Shown here piece by piece: positions 42,603-54,330 of a stretch of 64,000 nt of DNA; position 1 is the first letter of the stretch, and each line of letters opens with the position of its first letter. This DNA is from Octopus sinensis. Lineage: Eukaryota. The notes below the pieces were generated by a model. The model had not been told where the DNA came from. It was given only the letters and a program-made list of their open reading frames with translations, and searched no databases. A program made the position numbers and the translations under genes. The stretch lies in the NCBI RefSeq assembly GCF_006345805.1, contig NC_043002.1:25606001-25670000 (forward strand), written 5' to 3'.

Positions 42603-43085
42603 ACACACACAACACACGCACGCAACACACGCACGCACATACACATATACACATATACGATGGGCTTCTTTCAGTTTCCGTCTACTAAATCCACTCAGAA
42701 GGCTTTGGTCGGACGAAGCTTTAGTAGAAGACACTTGCCCAAGGTGCCACGCAGCGGGACTGAACCCAGAAACATTGCGGTTAGTAAGCAAGCTACTTAC
42801 CACACAGCCACTCCTGCGCCTACATAGCCACTCATGCGCCTACATAGCCACTCCTGCGACACACACATGCATGCGTCTGTGTGTGTGTCTTTGTGTCTGT
42901 GTTTGTCCCCCTGTCACCGTTGACAACTAGTGTTGGTGCGTTTAAGTCCCCGTAACTTAGCAGTTCGATAGAATATGTACCAGGCTCAAAAAATAAGTAC
43001 TGTGGTCGATTTGTTCGACGAAAACTTTTGAAGGCGGTGCTCCAGCATGGCCGTAGTCAAATGCTTGAAAGAAAATAAAAGAAAG
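42263..43085. mobile_element. Nested SINE family A: minus-strand copy (~42401-42857) inserted in the linker of an older plus-strand copy
   Basis: Plus-strand head at 42263-42400 and plus-strand 3' half at ~42860-43085 flank an opposite-orientation copy. Confidence 0.75.
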
Positions 43086-43430
43086 CATATATATGTATGT
43101 ATGAATATGTGTGTGTGTGTGTGTATATATAATGTGTCAATTACTGCGTGAAGGACATATTAATCGTTAAAAAATACAAAAAGTGTTAAGGTTACTAGAC
43201 CTTTTAATATTTTGTGTCAACATTTTCGTCGCACTATCCTGTTCACTGACATTGTGCCAGCGACCAGGTCGCAGTTTGTGCAACAAAAATTTTGATACCA
43301 AATTATAAAGGATTAAACAGCGTTAACAGATTTTGTGCGTTTTTGAATGGCTAAGACGTCTTCCACGCTGTAATTTGTTTTAGCTTTAGGATACGCTCTC
43401 TGGTCAAATCACATGCCACACCAATACTGA

Positions 43431-43520
<90 letters not shown>

Positions 43521-43648
43521 TTTTTTCCCTTTTACGACCCCTTTTAATCGAAAACCTACCCCACCTTTTTTCCCCCCAAAAGAAAAGCTCTACTTTGTAA
43601 TCTGTCCCGTCTGTGTGCAGCCCTGTGTGGCTAATAAAGAAACATATC
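43521..43648 (+). mobile_element. Very short 3'-terminal fragment of the same Tx1-type LINE inside a (TATC)n tract
   Basis: Closely similar to ~19745-19901 (CCCAAAAGAAAAGCTCTAC...GTGCAGCCCTGTGTGGCTAATAAAGAAAC); (TATC)n at 43431-43520 and ~43645-43775. Confidence 0.7.
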
Positions 43649-43649
43649 A

Positions 43650-43757
<108 letters not shown>

Positions 43758-44290
43758 CTATCTACTTATCTATCTGTTCAATAGATGCATAACGTGATTT
43801 GTTTTTATCTCCCTTGTTATTAGCTGAATTTTTATTAACGTACATACTCAGAAATATGAATGTCTTCCATCACTTTGAATTATCTGCTAAAGTTACTATC
43901 ATAAGTTTATAATATCGTTGCCTCCACGAAATATTTGTTTCCATAATACATACATACATACATACATACATACATACATACATACATACATACATACATA
44001 CATACATACATACACACACATACATACATACATACATACATACATACATACATACATACATACATACATACATACACGTGTGCGTGAGTGTTTGTGTGTA
44101 TATAGGATATTATATATATGCAATGTTATATATTCATTTATATATGTACATATTATACGATATGTACAATGAATGCAATATATATATATACTCTTACTCT
44201 TTTACTCTTTTACTCTTTTACTCTATATAGATATAGATGTACATACACACACATACATACATACATACATGGATACATACATACATACAT

Positions 44291-44323
<33 letters not shown>

Positions 44324-44330
44324 CGTGCAT

Positions 44331-44362
<32 letters not shown>

Positions 44363-44779
44363 GTATTTATATACATACATACGCACATACACAAAAGTAT
44401 CAATACAGTATTGTTTGAAGAAATATGTATTTGAAAATAACGAATAATAGGTCTAATAACCATACACATTATATATGGTTTACAAGCACACACACATCAC
44501 CCTACCCCTCTCTCTCACTCACACACACACACGCATAAACACACAAAAGAGGTGAATATAGTTTAGTAGAAAGAAGAAAACATTCAATATTAAGATAGGA
44601 AAGTGTAATTCAAAAGTTGAGGAATGTAACGTCACCTAATTACCACTCCGAGTTTCTCGCTAGAGGCAGACGTATTGTGACGCTGATATTTCCAAATTTG
44701 AAATAGTTGCATCAGACCATATAGTAATGTGTGTAAATATATATGTGTTTGAGTGTGTATGCGTATGTATGTGTAATTG

Positions 44780-44812
<33 letters not shown>

Positions 44813-44993
44813 AGATACTACTTTATCATCACTATGTTGTTGTTGTTGTTTTTTTGTTATTGTTATTATTATTATTACCGGAGCATATTCATTCATACAT
44901 TGAAAAATAATAAAAGCTCTAATAGTACTAAAATAAGGAAGAAAAACGAATTCAATTCGCTAAAATGAGAAAGATATTACACATATATATATA

Positions 44994-45035
<42 letters not shown>

Positions 45036-45040
45036 TATAT

Positions 45041-45088
<48 letters not shown>

Positions 45089-45208
45089 GGGCTAAAGAGG
45101 GTTATTCTAAAGCCAAATACAACTGTTTTATCCACTTATAATCCGCTTGTTACAGGAAAATTGAAACTGAAAACGGGCACTAACCTTTAGAAAATTTAAA
45201 TTTCGTTA

Positions 45209-45271
45209 TCTCTATATTGAATCAATTCGGACTTAATCTTATAAAAAGATATATTCCTTCTTCAGTAGAAA
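45209..45271 (-). ncRNA. Hammerhead ribozyme, inverted copy with GAA instead of GAAA (likely inactive, or a sequencing indel)
   Basis: Reverse complement of the same motif; CUGAAGA at 45265-45259; core reads CC-GAA-UUGAUUCAAU-A-UAGAGA. Confidence 0.6.
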
Positions 45272-45373
45272 TTTCGATGGGATATAAATAAAATACTCAC
45301 GTATGATCATGGAAAAAGCACAAGCTAAAAACATAACTACACTTGAGTACATCATTATATCTAAAAATAAAAA

Positions 45374-45437
45374 TTTCTACTGAAGAAGGAAGATATCTTT
45401 TTATAAGATTAAGTCCGAAATTGATTCAATATAGAGA
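45374..45437 (+). ncRNA. Type I hammerhead ribozyme (copy 1, intact core)
   Basis: Stem I UUUCUA(45374-79)/UAGAGA(45432-37); CUGAAGA 45380-86; extra A; stem II GGA..AUCUU-uuuau-AAGAU..UCC; GAAA 45417-20; palindromic stem III AUUGA-U-UCAAU; AUA cleavage triplet, predicted cut after 45431. Confidence 0.8.
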
Positions 45438-45864
45438 TAACGAAATTTAAATTTTCTAAAGGTTAGTTGCCCGTTTTCAGTTTCAATTTTCCTGTAACAA
45501 GCGGATTATAAGTGGATAAAACAGTGTATTTGGCTTTAGAATAACCCTCTTTAGCCCTTAATTATATGATTATATTGCAACCGTAACGGTTTTTTTTTAA
45601 TATCTGCCCACGCTTCCTGATGAATTCCTTTGCTGTAGAGTAAGGGACTTCATCCTATATTGCTTAGTAGTAAACTCGATGCTTGCTACAGAGGACTGGT
45701 AACCAATTACAATTTGTAGCGGCGAGAGGTCTGACGTTGTTTTCTGAGGCTGACCAAGGATTTTTTATTTTTAGATATAAATGATGTACTCAAGTGTAGT
45801 TATGTTTTTAGCTTGTGCTTTTTCCATGATCATACGTGAGTATTTTATTTATATCCCATCGAAA

Positions 45865-45927
45865 TTTCTACTGAAGAAGGAATATATCTTTTTATAAGAT
45901 TAAGTCCGAAATTGATTCATATAGAGA
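45865..45927 (+). ncRNA. Type I hammerhead ribozyme (copy 2, tandem, ~490 nt downstream)
   Basis: Same motif: CUGAAGA 45871-77, GAAA 45908-11; stem III has one A fewer (AUUGAUUCAU-A), predicted cut after 45921. Confidence 0.75.
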
Positions 45928-46154
45928 TAACGAAATTTAAATTTTCTAAAGGTTAGTTGCCCGTTTTCAGTTTCAATTTTCCTGTAACAAGCGGATTATA
46001 AGTGGATAAAACAGTGTATTTGGCTTTAGAATAACCCTCTTTAGCCCTTAATTATATGATGTATATTGCAACCGTAACGGTTTTTTTTAAATATACTGCC
46101 CACGCTTCCTGATGAATTCCTTTGCTGTAGAGTAAGGGACTTCATCCTATATTG

Positions 46155-46210
<56 letters not shown>

Positions 46211-46311
46211 TATATATATACACACATGCACATATGTCTTATATATATATATATATAGTATATATATATATATATAATGCTATATATATACACACATGCA
46301 TATATGTATAT

Positions 46312-46346
<35 letters not shown>

Positions 46347-46377
46347 GCATCTATATATACACACATGCATATATATG

Positions 46378-46410
<33 letters not shown>

Positions 46411-47187
46411 ATATACATATATATACATATAATATATATATATATATATACATACATATATATAATTTAGAAGAATGAGTTGAGAACAGTAAGTCATAGA
46501 GATGAACAAGATAGATAGAATACATTTATAACATGCCTCCTGCCGACAGTTAAACATAACTAACTATTAGAGAGGAAATACAAGACAGTAAAAAAAACAC
46601 CCACATGTCATCCTGTCTTCTCGTAAGAAGCCTTCGTTTAATAGTGTGTCCAATAGCTCTGTAATGTTTAACCTAGAATGTAGCTATTAAGCAACTCCAT
46701 TTACGCATCTATCATCGCATAGAGAAACACACATACCCACCCATGCTTACATGTATACTATATTTCAACAACTAGTTATTATATAGAAATTACTGTGAAT
46801 GGAATCAAGGAGAAGCTACGGATAGAGAGTTATGTACATTAGCATTAGATCAAAATAAAAAAAAATGATTCGTCACAAATAGTCAAATGTTTCGGTCTGT
46901 CCAACCGATTTGCATGCAGTGGGTATTTAGTAGAATTGTTCAAATTTATAGTTAAAAGTGGAAGGAACAATTTGGAAATATGCCATTTTAAGGTAGATAA
47001 CAAAAATAAACAAATTTTATTTTATATAGAACGCAAGGAGAGAAATTCAGAGTGACGAGGAATTCTGGTGAGATGAAGGAATATGATATTATCTGATAAC
47101 TTAATGTACAAGTTTTGCAATTAGAGTCCACGTGGTGTCAATGTTCTTATTTTTTAGTGTGCTTGTATTAATGTCTTTCTCTCTCCT

Positions 47188-47232
<45 letters not shown>

Positions 47233-47419
47233 AACACACACACCTGCATACGCACATATGCCTGCACATATATATATACATATATACATGCATACATATA
47301 TACATATATACATATATACATGTATACATATATACATACATACACATTTCTTATTGGGTCTATAAAAAGGAACTTGCCTAGTGTATTTGTAGGGCATTCT
47401 TGACTGGTAAAATTGATGC

Positions 47420-47830
47420 TAATAATGTTCTACTTGAATCTTTTTAAATCAACGCTTACGGGGAAGATATAAGCAAGGAGAGAATCCCAGAAGGATGACG
47501 TATTGGGAAGAAAGGACTGATCATAATGACCAGGGAGTTGTCTGGGAAATAGGACACTAAATATGATGAGAAGGGGAGAGACAATTAGGGTGGAATACCC
47601 GAGTAAAGGTAACATGAACCTAGTTAGCTCCGAGGAACATAGGCCACAATAGTAAGAGTAGAAAAAGTAGATAGAAAAAACAGCACGCCTGTAGGCAGGA
47701 GGACAGAGCATGTCTGTGAGTGATTCCATGCCAATCAGAAGGGAATAGAGGGAAGCGTGTAGGGGACAAAACCAAATCCTGGGGCCCACCTGAATTAGAA
47801 AGAGAAAGTGCTCCTTCCGCACACAAACTT
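47420..47830 (-). mobile_element. CR1/L2-like LINE 3' end fragment
   Basis: ...GHYDQSFLPNTSSFWDSLLAYIFPVSVDLKRFK resembles the CR1/L2 terminal motif HYSxSFFPRTxxLWNSLPxxVFPxxxNLxxFK. Confidence 0.65.
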
Positions 47831-48067
47831 ATATTATGATCTTGTAGGCAGCCATTAATTCAAAGTATGTGAGATATGTGGAGACCAACGGTAGAAAATT
47901 TCGATAGGAGATTCAAAAGCTAAACTGGTGTCGAGAGCAGCAACACTGCCTTCACCAATTCCTCCAAGGCAAGAGCCCGCTGGTAACAGAGGAAAATACG
48001 TCACAGTGGAAACTGAACTGGAGGCTATTCAAGAAAGAAAGAAAGAAAGAGAGAGAGAAAGAGAGAG

Positions 48068-48112
<45 letters not shown>

Positions 48113-48832
48113 TACATGTTTGCTGTGAAATCGTTTCTGACTTTTAATCTAAATTTATGAACTAGAAGGCAGTATATAATTCACAGTCTGTTACATAAAA
48201 TTAATTCTTGGAGAAATATAACAGAAATGTTCTAACTGGAAAACATCTGAAATTTTACAGCAATATAGTACATAACTTAATTATAAAAAAAAAGACCTAA
48301 CTTTTTATTGAGATTGGTAGCAAAACGTGGAAGGATAATGGTTCTTCTTTTAATATTTGGTTTTACATTTGGTTCTTATAATAGTAAGTTCATTAAAAGG
48401 TAGTGGAATATGGGAAACGTTAGAGTTTGAGCTTGAATGCTTATGTTCTTGTATTGTGTCTTTGAGCAGGGCAAATCATCTCATGCTGCTCCAGTGTGAT
48501 ATGCAGAAAATGCGTACCATCCGGATGCTGGAGCAGTCATCTCCCTCCCCCAACCGTCTGTCTCATATACAGTCACGGGTAGCAGGGCTAAGGGAGTGTC
48601 TATGCTCGTGACTACATGGGCACCTAAAATAATGATAGAATCGGTGGAGCAGCGGAATAAATGATTTTAAAAATTAATTACATCTCTTTGCCTTGGGTTC
48701 AACTCCTACCAAGGGTGGCTTTATTCTATATTTCCTTCCAGGGTCGTTTAAAAAAGTATCACAAGCCAAGTACTGATTCTGTTAAATCGAATGTAGCTTT
48801 TTTCACATTAAATTCCTGGACTTGTGTTTGTA

Positions 48833-49732
48833 CGAGGTCTGATCAAATAGTATCGGGACTGTTGCAATGGTAAAAAGGAACTAAAGTACGTAGAGAGAAA
48901 CCGCTTGGCACAGGTTGATCTTGAACTCTGTCGTGCATGCACACTAAGTTATAACGTTCTTGCTCACTTCCGATGTTTATAGCAGTGCCTGGAAGCAAAG
49001 TGTATAGAATGTGGTCGTCGCACCGAGAAAATTGAGCAGAGAATCTGCATCAAATTTTGTCAAAAGCTTGGTGATACCGGTGCAGAGATCTACGTAAAGT
49101 TGCACAAATTGCATGTAGATGAGTATATGAGCCGGACGCGAGTGTACAAATGGTTCAAGCGTTTCCAAGATGGTCGACAAAATGTCGACAGTGACGCACG
49201 TTCTGGGAGACCCACAACCAGCAGAATTCATGATGTGCGGGCAGCTGTTCGGAAAGACTGTCGAATCACTGTGAGTCGTCGGAGGGTGGGAACATTAGTT
49301 ACGATTCAGTTCAGTCAATCCTCACCGAAGATTCGGGTATGAGATGTGTGTCTGCCAAGTTTGTGCCAAAACTGCTGTCAGTTGCAACCATTTTTGGCCA
49401 AGTACAACCATTCCCCAGGTCCGACAACCACCATATTCCCCAGAAATCGCCCCTTGCGACTTTTGCCTCTTTCCAAAAATGAAATCTCTCTCGAATGGGG
49501 CAAGATTTCAAGACGTCGAGGAAGTCCAAGAGAGTGCGACGAGGCAACTGCTCACAACCCCTCCCACCAAAAGGAGTTCCAAGAATGCTTTCATCAATGG
49601 AAACGACGCTGGATAAAGTGTGTGGCTTCAGAAAGGCATTACTTCGAAGGAGATTAAATGCCAAATTGATTTGTGTTGTGTTGTAGTTTTCTTTTTATAG
49701 CACCAGTCCCGATACCATTTGATTAGACTTCA
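48833..49732 (+). mobile_element. Internally deleted mariner element with both TIRs
   Basis: Left TA|CGAGGTCTGATCAAATAGTATCGGGACTG; right CAGTCCCGATACCATTTGATTAGACTTCA (49704-49732). Coding relics QRICIKFCQKLG...VYKWFKRFQDGR...ARSGRPTTS, VSAKFVPKL, PPYSPEIAPCDFCLFPKMK, FHQWKRRWIKCVASERHYFEGD*; the region with the first two catalytic Asp is missing. Confidence 0.92.
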
Positions 49733-50384
49733 CATTAGAAATCATCATGATACAAGGCCCCAAGAACACACAAAATCAACATAGCAAGATAGAAAAGCAC
49801 TTCTTAATTTTACAATGCTGTTGTTTACTGCTGTTTATTGTACTGAATTCCATTCCATTATGAAGCACTTATAATCCAAAGAAATAGGGTTTGGACACTG
49901 AACTAACTCTTAATCCATCAATTAATGGTTAAAGCAATTGTTGTTATTGTTGCTGCTGTTCCTGTTCGGTAGTTCCAAGTCAGTCCTGATCGTGCAGATC
50001 TATAATCAAATATAATTCCAGCCGTGATCATCTTGTATTCTTTTGAGACATTTTATTTCTAGGGTTACATCATTAAATATGCCCTTCCCTATTTTTAAGA
50101 TGGCGAGGTTTAATTTAAAAGAAATTTAGCTACAATATCAACCTTGCTTTTCATCTGTCTAGAGTCAATGAAATAAAATACCAGGTCAACTTTGGTTTGT
50201 ATGATTCTGAGTTGGATGGAGAGATCAATAAAATAAGGTTGGGTTGATCTAATCGAATATACACATTCCCCAAGATTTGAGGTTTGGTCTTCCAGGAATC
50301 AATAATTCAACAACAGATACACCATGTAGAATAAAAGTAAAAGAAAAATTAAACACAAAATTAAATAAAAAAAAAAGGATTTAC

Positions 50385-50661
50385 CAGCGATAGGAACGTG
50401 CGGGTTTCCGTTACAATCATCTCTGTCAGGATCTCCTTCCCACACACAGGCATGGGCAAGATTTGACCACACTTGGCTTGTGTTACAATGAGTCGATTGG
50501 GCAATTTCACCTTCAAAGCCACACTGGTGAGCCACTGTACAATCTTGGGTGTCTCTCACCCATTGTCCAGCTTGGATGGTATCGCATATCGTCTGGCCAA
50601 AGATTGGATTCAACAGGCACAACAGCACACTACAGCCGGCCAGCAACGTACAGGGTGACAT
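50385..50661 (-). CDS. Exon 1 of a secreted triple chitin-binding (peritrophin-A/ChtBD2, CBM14) protein: signal peptide plus domain 1
   Basis: ATG at 50661 (AAGATG, in-frame TGA two codons upstream). MSPCTLLAGCSVLLCLLNPIFG is a hydrophobic signal-like peptide, followed by C-x14-C-x5-C-x11-C-x12-C-x10-C, matching peritrophin-A spacing. Ends ...PIA G|GTAAAT donor (phase 1); 277 nt. Confidence 0.9.
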
Positions 50662-51299
50662 CTTTCAGAGAGCCGTTGTTGCACAAAAGGAGCAGATGAC
50701 TCCCTTTTAAAGGGGATATTGCAATGTTTAAATGGACACACAGATACAGACACACATAAATAGGCACGCGCACGCAGACATACATGCACGCAGACACACA
50801 CACAAACACACACACACACACACACTCACACACACACACACACACATACGCGCGCGCATATATGCCAGCTCATACGCACACGTACAATAGTTTCCGGTAC
50901 GATGTGTTATTTTTGTTGTTGGTGGTGGTGGTGGGGTGATTGGGTAATTTTTTTTTACTCATTTATTTATTTATTTATTTCTTCATTTAAGTATTGCATC
51001 TTATTCTGACTAGCAGCAGCAGGAGCTCCTTATTTTTCTCTCTATACACAGTGAGGGGAATTAGTTTATTTTGTGTAAGCCCTGTTTACCTGGAATCAAC
51101 AAATGTTTTCCAACTGTAAGGTCCCTTTTAAAGAGTGAACAGATTCCATGATGACAGGTCAAAAGGTCACACGCTTCAGTTGTCAACAGTCTACACAACG
51201 TGCTCTAGCTTCTAATTCACTTTCTGTTTTCACTTGATGTCAGGTAAATAAAATTCACCCCGAAACTTTTCCTGCTCTATCTCTACTAAAGAGGTACAT

Positions 51300-51342
51300 C
51301 TCTACCTTTTCCATTCTCTTCCGTTCTCTTTCTTTCTTCCTG

Positions 51343-51426
<84 letters not shown>

Positions 51427-52402
51427 TATTTCTTTCTTTCTTTCTTTCTTTCTTCTATTCTGTCTCCCTCTCACTCTTTTCTATTATTTCTAAGTCTCCT
51501 CTTTCTCTCTCTCTTACTCTCTCTCTCTCTCTCTCTCTCTCTCTTTACTCTTTTACTTGTTTCAGTCATTTGACTGCGGCCATACTGGAGCACCGCCTCT
51601 CACAGATTTCTATCTGTCCCATTCTTCCTTTTTTTATTTCTGTATTATTTCACTTTCTTTCTTTCTTTCTTTCTTTCTTTCTCTCTTTCTTTTCCATTAT
51701 TTTAAACCCGCCCTCTATCTCACGCTCGTTTACTCTTTTACTTCCCATTGCATTGTCAGTGTTTCTTAATGTTTCCAGATCTTTCTATTCCTCACTTTGA
51801 CATTAGCTTTCTCCCCAATCTTTTATCATTTCTCAATTTCTTTCACAGTTTACCGTTTTTTTTTACCATTTCTCTAACTCCATCACTTATCCTTTATCCT
51901 TCACTTTTCTTTCTTATTCTCTCTCTCTATTCTCTCTCTTATTCTCTCTCTCTATTTCCATGTCTCTTTCTGTCAGTTTCTTCCACTTTTCCACTATCGT
52001 CTGCTCCCCTTCAATCACGCTCACTCTATCTGTCTGTCTCTCTCAATCACTTTCTCACTCACTTCATCTCTGCCTCTTGTTCTTTTACAGTCGCTATCGC
52101 TGTCTCCAATTCTTCCACAATTGGTCTTTCCCCTCATTCAAATTTACTTAATGTTCTCTTTCTGTCACTTTATCTCAGAAAACTAAAAAACAAACTCTCC
52201 TCTCTCTTTTCCATCTCCTCTCACTCTCCCCCCATATTTAATAAATCAACATACCTCTCTAACCTCCACTTCTATTTCCCGTCGTTCTTTCTTTCTTTTT
52301 GTTCTCTTTCACTTTCTCTTTCATTGCTTTGTACCCCACCATTTACACATTCTTTTTTTGTCTCATTTTCATCCTCTTTTCCTTTTCTCTTTCCTGTCTG
52401 TT

Positions 52403-52466
<64 letters not shown>

Positions 52467-52610
52467 TACTCCATTTTTTCAACTTCTGCTTGTGTGTCTT
52501 ACGATTTTTCTTTTTTTCCTTCATTTATCACTTCTCCTCTCTTTTTCTGTTATCCTGTCCGCTCTCTTCCCTACCTCTTCTCTCTCATCTCCTCTACCCA
52601 CTTGAACACA
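51300..52610. repeat. Long strand-asymmetric pyrimidine-rich low-complexity region with (TTTC)n and (CT)n
   Basis: Directly visible, just upstream of the chitin-binding gene. Confidence 0.9.
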
Positions 52611-53099
52611 ACATCTACGCGCTAACGTGATCCCTTAAACCAAATTACAACACAGACAAGGTCTAGAGGTCAGATTACATTTCAAAGTCTCGTTGCTGTC
52701 GTCCCACCAACCTCGCTCTTTCCTCCTTTAACTAAACTAATAGACAAAAAGCAAAAAACAAAAAGAAAAACATCAGTTAAAATAAAAGTTATAATATAGA
52801 TTTTAAAGAAAGCACAAGGCTACAAACTTTGTGGGAAAGAGGTATATTTGATTATATCGATTTCTATTCTTGACCAGTATCTTATTGGTTGCTTAGTACA
52901 TTACTGGTGCCATAACAATGCGCTGTTTACTGATGCTACAGCGAACATCTACAGATTTTAGCCAACACTGCATGTTATAGACAAATGTATAAAAACCCTG
53001 TATCCATATACATTATCTCCAATAACAGGGGGTATTTTAAATCCTAGTACAACATAATTATTCATTAATTGAACTATTTGTTAAGAATGCATTATAGAT

Positions 53100-54330
53100 G
53101 CAAATTAGTTTATCTGATTAACTTAAGCTCTTGGTAATAAGTTGTGTTTCGTTAGACAGTTATAGAGGGTTTTCAGTTGTTGATGAAGTCCCAAGACAAG
53201 AATCGTGCAGATCTGCGGGCCCTTTCCAACGACAAGCACCAACTTCTTCGTGAGTATCTTGATCAGAAACTTAAACCATCTGCTCAACAAAATAATTGAC
53301 AATAAATAAATCATTGTCAATGATGCTCTTTTCTTTGCGTTCTCTCTGGTAGTAACACCACCCCAAGATCTATTACGCCGGAAATATCCCCTATTTGATA
53401 CCATTTACATTCGATATATGCCAAAAGAGGAGTGAAAAGTCTGGTTCACATTCATGGAACTGAGAGGCTGACCAAGTAAATCGCAGCTGTCGTTGTAGTA
53501 ATTTTTTGTGACATTGTACGCTGTCATAAACCGTTGAGATATGCACATCGACTTGTTTGCCACTACTGTCAAACAATTGAGCAGAATATTTTCGGAGAAA
53601 TTGCACACATTGCCCAGGAATTGTGCAGCATGTGTTCATCGAAGTTAGTTAAAGATCCAACAGTGGATTAGTTGCCACGTTGTGATTTTGCCAATCAGGC
53701 CCATTGAATGGCATTCGCTCCCATGTGCTTTGGAACAACAACTTTAGTTTGATAGCGTGATCTTTGTGATTTGTGTCGAAGAAATAGTGCTGTTTCCGAC
53801 TCTAGTAAGTCTTTTGTGGATAACTTTCCTAATCATTGCATCTTGTAAACTGCTGACTATCACCCGCCTCCAATTTTCATTTCTGCTTCTTTGCTATACT
53901 CTGTCGTGCAGATCATAAACTATGTTTTGTGTAGGCAATCAACCAAAATTCTGAACTTTGTATTCAATGCCAATTTGTCAACCTAATAAATAACCTGTGT
54001 AGATACGATCTGAATGCTCCGATGCACATTGGCCTATTCGGTAATTCCAGTCGGTAAATGTCATCCAATTAGAAAAACGTCAGCAGGTTTGAGTGACCTT
54101 TTACAGTTCATTCTCTTATTAGCTACTTTTACATAATCCCTTTGCATGTCAATGATGCCATTTCAGTCGCCTGTTAATACTATCGAATTATTTTAAATAC
54201 CTTCAGAAGCTCGCCTGTCCTGCTCCAGTGCATAAACGGCCACTAACCTGAAGGTATTTAATTTCATACTATTCCGAATTCACATTCAGACCATTGGTAA
54301 TTTACTGGATCCGGATTGATGAGTGTACAT
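53100..54330 (-). mobile_element. Highly degenerate DNA-transposon coding relic, possibly Mutator-like
   Basis: Short minus-strand peptides (EHML..PGQCVQFL; RENAKKRASL) loosely recall MULE C-terminal motifs; many stops. Family assignment is weak. Confidence 0.3.

Larger units (their letters stand above)
45079..46158 (+). mobile_element. Retrozyme-like / Penelope pLTR-like element: inverted partial copy plus ~1.6 tandem copies of a ~490-nt hammerhead-bounded unit, inserted in (TA)n
   Basis: 45079-45373 is the reverse complement of ~45762-46057; 45371-45666 is a direct repeat of ~45862-46158; (TA)n on both sides; no ORF. Confidence 0.7.

Noticed and set aside
45617-45654. Second CUGAUGA inside the retrozyme unit as another hammerhead
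   Set aside because: No GAAA follows the hairpin; the GAUGAA instead pairs with UUCAUC in a simple stem-loop.
51748-52605. 285-aa hydrophobic ORF
   Set aside because: Produced by pyrimidine-rich low-complexity DNA that lacks stop codons; no domain features.
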